DNA of 64,000 nt from an uncultured Candidatus Saccharibacteria bacterium (lineage in GTDB: Bacteria > Patescibacteriota > Saccharimonadia > Saccharimonadales > UBA10212). The notes beneath the pieces are model-generated. The model searched no databases. It was not told where the DNA came from and saw only the letters and a program-made list of their open reading frames with translations. Positions 57,208-64,000 of this stretch are shown one piece after another. The stretch lies in NCBI GenBank assembly GCA_964585885.1, contig CAZPFQ010000001.1, positions 67,220-131,219 on the forward strand. Direction: 5' to 3'. Made by a program: the position numbers and the translations under genes. The stretch's first letter is position 1. Each line of letters begins with the position of its first letter.

Positions 57208-60200
57208 TCACTTTTGCTTAGCCCCTGCAACGGCTTTACGCCCCTCGCTGACTCCGGTCCCTACCGGGATAAGTCTTCCCAGGATAACGTTTTCTTTCAA
57301 TCCGTAGAGCTTATCGACTTTGCCGCTCGTAGCGGCGGCTATCAATACTCGAGTTGTGTCTTGGAACGATGCGGCAGAAAGGAATGAATCTGTACTTAAA
57401 GAAGCCTTGGTAATACCCAGTAGCAACTGGTTGTACTTGATGGGTTTCTTTTTAGACTTTAGCAGTTGATCATTTGATTCGTCAGCGGACAGCTTACTTA
57501 CGATGTCTCCTGTTATAAAAGAACTATCGCCAGCATCTTCTATTTGCACTCGGCTGAACATTTGCTTGACGATGACTTCAAGGTGTTTGTCTGAAATATT
57601 CTGGCCTTGGCTGGCAAAAATGTATAGTACCTCGTTCATGATGTAGCGCTGAGTATCCTCGATATCGCGCAGACGCATCAAATCATGCAGGTTTATTGAA
57701 CCGTTGGTTAGGCGATGCCCCGCCTCTATCAAGTCGCCGTCATTTACTACCAACTGCCTGAAGTTTGGGATCTCGTAGCGCATTATACTTTTGGCAGTTG
57801 GAGCAACAGTTATAGTTCCGTTTTCGATGCCCACTTTGCCTGTAAATGGTGCCGCGATGGGGTCTGAGCCATCTTCGTTGGCGGCTATAACTTCGCCTTG
57901 CAAGGCCTCATCACCGTCGGAGACCTTTGCCTGGCGTTCGCCGAGCTCGAAGTCGACTTTCTTTTGTTTTTTAGCGGTAACTTGGACTATGTACTGGTCT
58001 TCTTCCTCCCAGACATTAACAATACCGGAGATATCGCTGAGGTAGGCCTGGCCCTTCGGGGTTCGAACCTCCAAAATTTCTTCGACACGCGTTAGACCTT
58101 GCGTGACATCGTCGCCAGCTGTGACAGCGCCAGCTCGGTGCTTTGAGTCAAGCGACAATTGGGTGCCGGGCTCGCCAATACTTTGTGCGGCAATAACTCC
58201 AATAGGGTGGTCGCTAGCTACTAGTTCTCCAGTAGCAAGGTCGACACCATAAGATTTTCGACTAACACCACGGGGTATGGTACAGCTCAGCACGCTCATG
58301 ATCTTCACGGCCCCAATTGATTCATCGGTATCAATGGCCTTGGCAGCATCATGCGTAATCGGATCGCCGCGCTTGACGTGTTTTTTAACATTTTCGGCAG
58401 CATACCGTCCCTCGAGACGTTGGCCAAAACTGCTTCCGACAATTTCGGAATCACTGCGCAAGACGGCAAAGCCTGGGTCCGCGTCATCAATGTCGACCGT
58501 GAAAACATCTTGAGCCACATCGACCAAACGTCGCGTCAGGTACCCCGAGTCAGCGGTTCGCAGGGCAATATCAACCAGCGACTTTCGAGTACCTCTTGTA
58601 GCTGTGAAATATTCAAGAGGATCAAGCCCGTACTTATAGTTAGATCTCACGGGGAGCTCGATTGCACGCCCGGTAGCGTCGGCGAACATGCCAAGCATTC
58701 CAACACTCATTTTCATCTGAGAGATATTGCCTCGGGCCCCGGAGGCAATTGTTATGGCCATAGTATTGTCTTCTGTGGCGAATTGTTCGGCTAGTAGTTT
58801 TTGTACCTCTTCGTCCACTCGAGTCCAAGTCTCCACGGTCAGGCGGTAGCGCTCATCGTCGGTGATAAAGCCTTCTGAGTATTGCTTTGAGATCTCTGTG
58901 GCTCTTTTTTCACCCTCATTGACAATTCCGCGTAGGCCTGTAAGGTCTTGAAAATCCTCCATGCCGATAGACAGACCCGAGAAGGTAGCGTAGCGGAAGC
59001 CTAGGTCCTTGAGGTCATCGGCAATACGCGCCGTTTCGTCTTGGCCGTATTTTTGATATGTGGCGCCCATTACGGCATCTAGCTTTTTGCTAGTCATAGC
59101 TTCGTTTTGGAATTGAAAATCCTCGGGGAAAATCTCATTAAAGAGTAGCCGCCCAAAGGTTGTCTGGCGAACTTCGCCGCGGAATGGAACTTCTATGGAT
59201 GATTGTAGAGCGATTTTGTCCCCATCGAAAGCCATCAGGGCCTCTTCGATACTATTGAAAGAAACTGGCTTTTTGTTCTCGGTGCCAGGGCGTTGATAAG
59301 TTAGGTAGTAGCAGCCAAGTACTATGTCCTGAGCCACGTGTAGTATGGGTGAACCGTCCGCTGGTTTTAGTAAGTTTTTATTGGAGGCCATTATATTGTG
59401 AGCCTCTGTCTGGGCTTCCTCGCCTAGCGGCAAGTGGACGGCCATCTGGTCACCATCGAAGTCAGCGTTAAATCCTTTACACACTAGGGGGTGCAGTTGG
59501 ATAGCTTTGCCTTCTATCAGTACCGGCTGAAAGGCTTGGATACTGAGGCGGTGAAGACTCGGCGCACGGTTTAAAAGTACGAACTTATCCTTAATTACTT
59601 CGTCGAGCGCGTCCCAGACGGCAGCGTCACTGGACTCAATCATCCGGGTTGCGCTACGTATATTGTGAGCCAGCTCTTGCTCGATTAGTCGGCCGATTAC
59701 GAATGGTTTAAATAGCTCGAGTGCCATGGTTTTTGGCAGGCCGCATTGGTCCATCTTCAGCTCTGGGCCGGATACAATTACGCTACGTCCGGAATAATCG
59801 ACTCTTTTGCCCAGTAGGTTTTGACGGAAGCGGCCCTGTTTACCCTTGAGCATGTCAGACAAGCTCTTCAATCTTCGGCGTTGGCCGGTAGCAGCCACAG
59901 CTCTGCCTGAACGAGCATTATTATTGTCAACTAGTGCATCGACAGCTTCTTGGAGCATTCGTTGTTCGTTACGGCGAATAACTTCCGGGGCATTAAGCTC
60001 AATTAGCTTCTTCAACCGGTTATTGCGGTTAATCACTCGCCGGTACAAATCGTTTAGGTCGCTAGTAGCAAATCGTCCGCCGGTTAGCTGGACCATTGGT
60101 CGTAGGTCGGGTGGAATCACGGGTAGAACACTCAAAGCCATGCTGCTAGGTTTTATACCGGCTCGGTGCATACTTTCCAGCAACCGAAGGCGCTTCATAA

Positions 60201-61020
60201 TCTTCTTTCGGCGCTGGCCCTTAGCAGCCTCGGCCTCTTTATTCAGAGCCTTGATGAGCTTAGGCAAGTCGACTTCTTCGAGCAATTCCTTCAGAGCTAC
60301 TCCGCCCATGCCCACTGTGAGGATTGATTGTAACTCGGGCGGTAAGTTGCGATAATCGGTCTCGCTTAGTAAGTTGAGCTTATCGAGAGCACCAACTTGT
60401 ACACGGAAGCCCTCGGCCTCGGCAACTAGCTCTTCCAGCTCTTTGGTCTGTGCTTCGGCCAGAGCTTTTAGGTCGGCGTTCTTTTTAGCGGCCTCTTTTT
60501 CATGGCGAACCTTAATAGCTGCTTCGGCGGCCTTGAACTCGGCCTCTTTATCTGCCACGATCTTATTCTTCTTGTCATTATCGATGTTTTTAATTATGTA
60601 GCTGGCAAAGTAGGCGACGCGTTCTAGATTCTTGACTGTCATGCCTAATAGCAGGCCTATTGCCGACGGAGTTCCTCGTAAAAACCAAATATGCGCCACT
60701 GGGCTAGCCAGATTAATGTGCCCCATTCGCTCGCGACGAACTATGCTGCGAGTAACAATTTCTCCTCGCTTATCAACGGCCATGTCGCGGCCACGAATTC
60801 CTTTGTATTTGGCATCATGAGGGTTGATGTCTTTTACAGGTCCAAAGATCCGCTCGTCGAACAAGCCATCACGCTCGGGTTTTTGCGTTCGGTAATTAAT
60901 GGTTTCGGGCTTGGTGACCTCGCCGTAGCTCCATTCAAGGATGTCTTCTGGCGAAGCTATTGCCAACCTTACAGCGTCGAAATCGCTGATATTTGTACCC
61001 CTTGAGCTGTAATTGCGCAT
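57208..61020 (-). CDS. rpoC: DNA-directed RNA polymerase subunit beta-prime
   Basis: NADFDGDQM catalytic loop. ATG 61020 (MRNYSS...) is preferred; the track start 61056 overlaps the rpoB 3' end. Confidence 0.97.
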   Translation of the reverse strand: [1270 protein letters not shown]

Positions 61021-61021
61021 G

Positions 61022-64000
61022 TTAGCCTTTCTCGCTTTCGGCCGGCGCAGTATCATCTATAACAACTGAGGTTGCATCGGCGATAGCCAAATCTTCGATT
61101 AGATTCTCTGTAGAGACCTCTGTCTGATTGGGCTCGGTTGGCGGCGCCGCTATTGTTGGAGCGTGCTTGGCTTCATCTTTGATGTTTTCGGCCAAAACTT
61201 CTTCGGCGTCAACGACTCCGCCTTTGTGCATCAAATCTACTTTAAGGCCTAGACCCTGAAGCTCTTTTACGAGTACGTTGAAGCTTTCTGGGACTTTCGG
61301 ACCCTGGATTTCAGTACCCTTGATAATACTCTCGTAGGCTTTGGCTCGGCCATAAACATCGTCTGACTTGATGGTCAGCATCTCTTGTAGTGTGTGTGCC
61401 GCACCGTACGCTTCAAGTGCCCATACTTCCATCTCGCCGAATCGCTGTCCGCCATTTTGAGCTTTACCACCAAGCGGCTGTTGCGTGACCATGGTATAGG
61501 GACCAGTGCTGCGAGCGTGAATTTTGTCCGAAACCATGTGGTTAAGTTTAATAATGTACATATATCCCACGGTAGTCCGCTCTCGAAACGCCTCGCCGGT
61601 TCGCCCATCGTACAGTTGCTGTTTACCATCTGGGTCCAGCCCCGCATCTTTCAGCAGGCTTTGGATCTTGGCTATCGGTACACCGTTAAATGCCGGAGAG
61701 GCAACATTAATGCCGAGCGCTTTTGCTGCCATACCTAAGTGAGTCTCAAATAATTGTCCGATATTCATACGTGAGGGTACGCCAAGCGGGTTTAGGATAA
61801 TGTCGATGGGCGTACCATCTTCAGTAAACGGCATATCCTCGTTTGGCAAGATTCTGGCAATAACACCTTTGTTTCCGTGTCGCCCACCGAGCTTGTCGCC
61901 AACAGAAATCTTTCGCATCTGGGCAACAAAGACTTGTATCTGCATTATCACACCGGCCTTAAGCTCGTGTCCCGACGCGCGGCTAAAGACTTTTACACCG
62001 ACCACTTTACCGTGGCGGCCCGTGCTCATTCGTTGAGATGTGTCACGGACTTCCTTAGCTTTTTCACCAAAGATGGCCCTCAGCAGTCGCTCCTCGCTGG
62101 AAAGTTCTTGTTCTCCTTTAGGAGTAATCTTGCCGACCAAGATGTCGCCAGGGTGAACTTCTGCACCGATACGCACAATTCCGTCCTCGTCCAGGTGACG
62201 TAGAGCGTCTTCCGAGACATTGGGAATGTCACGAGTAACAATCTCTGGTCCCAGTTTAGTTTCGCGGACTTCGGTCATGTAGTCGACGATGTGGATAGAT
62301 GTAAGAGTGTCATCCTCGACTAGACGGCGAGAGATGATAATGGCATCTTCGAAGTTATAACCGGCCCAAGGCATGAAGGCTACCATAAGGTCTTTGCCCA
62401 GCGCTAACTCGCCGCTAGCTATGCTCATACCCTCAACTAGCGGCTGCCCGGCCTTAAGTTTGTCTCCGCTATTAACTACTACCGTTTGGTTGATTGAGCT
62501 ACCCTCGTTGCTTCGCATAAAATGAACTGGATTATAAGTTACGCGCTTGCCGCTTCTATATTTGACTACCACTTCGTCAGCCGTCGACTTGATGACCTCG
62601 CCATTGTCGTCGGCGACAACTAGCTGGCCGGTGTCGCGGGCTACGACGGTTTCATAGCCGGTGCCAACAACAGCCGTTTCGGCTTTTATGAGCGGGACAG
62701 CTTGGCGCTGTTGGTTCGATCCCATCAAAGAACGCAAAACGTAATTCTTCTCAATGAAGGGGATCAAGCCGGCGCTCGATCCGATTGTTTGTGAGCGACT
62801 GGCATCCATGTGCGTCACCTCGTTGGCATCTACTTCACCGGGGTCCAATCGGCTTCTAGCGCTAACGCGCGGCTCTACAAAATAGCCGTCTTTGTCTGTT
62901 TCGTTACCGGCTCCGGCGATTATAGCCTGTTCTTCTTCAGCCGCATCCATATAGACGATCTCATCAGTAACTTTGGCCTTTACCGGCCAGGTTTTCTGAG
63001 TTTTTACGGCCGCCAACCTTTTGGCAGTTGAAGCCGTAATTACAGCCCCAGCCTTAACAATCAAAGTGCCGCGTTCATTTTTTAAGTCGATATGAGCGAT
63101 ATGACCAGCGGCGCTTTTTGCGGGAACGGCATTCAAAACTTTGCGATACGGCGTCTCAATGAAGCCATATTCATTAATTCGGGCATAGCTTCCGAGGTTT
63201 AGCACCAAACCAATGTTGGCTCCCTCGGGCGTTTCTACCGGACAGATGCGACCGTAGTGAGTAGCGTGTGCGTCGCGTACCTCAAAACCTGCACGCTCAC
63301 GCGATAAGCCACCCGGCCCCATCGAACTTAATCGACGTTTGTGGGCCAGCTCGCTAAGCGGATTTATCTGGTCCATAAATTGAGACAATTGGCTGGATGC
63401 AAAAAATTCTCGAACGGCAGCTACCACAGGGCGGGCGTTAATAAGCTGAGCCGGAGTAACGGTTTCAATCTCACTCATGCTCATACGGTCTTTAGCGTTA
63501 CGCTCCATACGAAGCAGCCCAATACGGAATTGGCGTTGGACCAGTTCGCCGACCAATTTCACTCGTCGGTTTGCCAGTGAGTCAATCTCGTCTGCCGGTT
63601 CTTGAGTAGTGTTGAGCCGGATGACTTCGGCGATTATGGCGATTAAATCTTCTATGCGTACCACCCGATTCTTTGTGGTATTTGGCACGTCTAGATCAAG
63701 TCTCTTATTTAGCTTGTATCTGCCCACTTTGCCAAAGTCGAAGCGTTTAAAGTTATAAAGCATGTTTTCGATTAATGAGCGGGCGTTGTCAACTGTCGCC
63801 AAATCGCCAGGGCGCAGGCGACGATAAACCTCAATTAGAGCTTCGTTAGTGCTGCTAGTAGGATCCTTTTCCAGTGTCGCGTCTACATAGCTGGCCTCAT
63901 TGGTGTCCACATGCGCAAAAGCTGCCTTTATCTGTTCTTGGGTCATTCCAAGTGCTCTCAGCAGAGTTGTAACAGCAATTTTTCGCTTGCGGTCGATTTT
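61022..64000 (-). CDS. rpoB: DNA-directed RNA polymerase subunit beta, C-terminal ~990 aa (gene continues past the right edge)
   Basis: GRHGNKGV and GGQRFGEMEVWALEAYGAA blocks. The frame stays open upstream of the track Met (KIDRKRKIAVTTLLRALGMTQEQ). Confidence 0.97.
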   Translation of the reverse strand, partial: KIDRKRKIAVTTLLRALGMTQEQIKAAFAHVDTNEASYVDATLEKDPTSSTNEALIEVYRRLRPGDLATVDNARSLIENMLYNFKRFDFGKVGRYKLNKRLDLDVPNTTKNRVVRIEDLIAIIAEVIRLNTTQEPADEIDSLANRRVKLVGELVQRQFRIGLLRMERNAKDRMSMSEIETVTPAQLINARPVVAAVREFFASSQLSQFMDQINPLSELAHKRRLSSMGPGGLSRERAGFEVRDAHATHYGRICPVETPEGANIGLVLNLGSYARINEYGFIETPYRKVLNAVPAKSAAGHIAHIDLKNERGTLIVKAGAVITASTAKRLAAVKTQKTWPVKAKVTDEIVYMDAAEEEQAIIAGAGNETDKDGYFVEPRVSARSRLDPGEVDANEVTHMDASRSQTIGSSAGLIPFIEKNYVLRSLMGSNQQRQAVPLIKAETAVVGTGYETVVARDTGQLVVADDNGEVIKSTADEVVVKYRSGKRVTYNPVHFMRSNEGSSINQTVVVNSGDKLKAGQPLVEGMSIASGELALGKDLMVAFMPWAGYNFEDAIIISRRLVEDDTLTSIHIVDYMTEVRETKLGPEIVTRDIPNVSEDALRHLDEDGIVRIGAEVHPGDILVGKITPKGEQELSSEERLLRAIFGEKAKEVRDTSQRMSTGRHGKVVGVKVFSRASGHELKAGVIMQIQVFVAQMRKISVGDKLGGRHGNKGVIARILPNEDMPFTEDGTPIDIILNPLGVPSRMNIGQLFETHLGMAAKALGINVASPAFNGVPIAKIQSLLKDAGLDPDGKQQLYDGRTGEAFRERTTVGYMYIIKLNHMVSDKIHARSTGPYTMVTQQPLGGKAQNGGQRFGEMEVWALEAYGAAHTLQEMLTIKSDDVYGRAKAYESIIKGTEIQGPKVPESFNVLVKELQGLGLKVDLMHKGGVVDAEEVLAENIKDEAKHAPTIAAPPTEPNQTEVSTENLIEDLAIADATSVVIDDTAPAESEKG

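Overview
This is a gene-dense, almost entirely housekeeping stretch of a small-genome bacterium using the standard genetic code (TGA serves as a stop). From about 13 kb to the right edge, roughly 70 genes run on the minus strand. In transcription order they are rpoB (cut by the edge)-rpoC-rpsL-rpsG-fusA, a 3-gene sugar cassette, tuf plus the S10/spc/alpha ribosomal clusters, then rplQ-rplM-rpsI-trpS-rluD-holB. A tRNA/rpmG island follows, then secE-nusG-rplKA, dcd plus a tmk fusion, rplJL, two hypotheticals, dnaX, dnaB, ybaB-recR, an nrnA-like gene and cysS. The left 13 kb holds a cyoABC-type quinol oxidase (cyoC cut by the edge), a two-component system and envelope genes: a PAP2-like protein, a VanY-type peptidase, two AI-2E permeases, an alpha/beta hydrolase and two GT4 glycosyltransferases. 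Five tRNAs, a partial cyoC and rpmJ are absent from the ORF track and were found by eye. The spc cluster lacks L30, adk and map, and many ribosomal proteins carry Lys-rich tails. Together with the gene content, this suggests a Patescibacteria/CPR, Saccharibacteria-like origin (inference only). I saw no CRISPR array, transposase, integrase, prophage or recognisable defence system, and I cannot point to a clear-cut novel multi-gene system. The observations most worth a second look are: (1) structural Cys4 zinc sites are missing from RNAP beta-prime (both sites), RecR, DnaX, delta-prime and L36, while catalytic zinc sites are retained; (2) thymidylate kinase is fused to a roughly 430-aa region resembling two degenerate ThyX-like repeats, next to dcd, and this pair splits rplKA from rplJL; (3) a GDE_C hydrolase/GT4/small-ORF cassette splits fusA from tuf, and a P-loop kinase plus DUF45 metalloprotease pair splits tRNA-Trp from secE; (4) dnaX carries an in-frame A_AAA_AAG slippery heptamer in its linker; (5) several promoters have leaderless-type geometry, and the heptamer ATCTGTT recurs in intergenic regions. 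All calls rest on motif recognition by eye and reference sequences recalled from memory; no database search was run.
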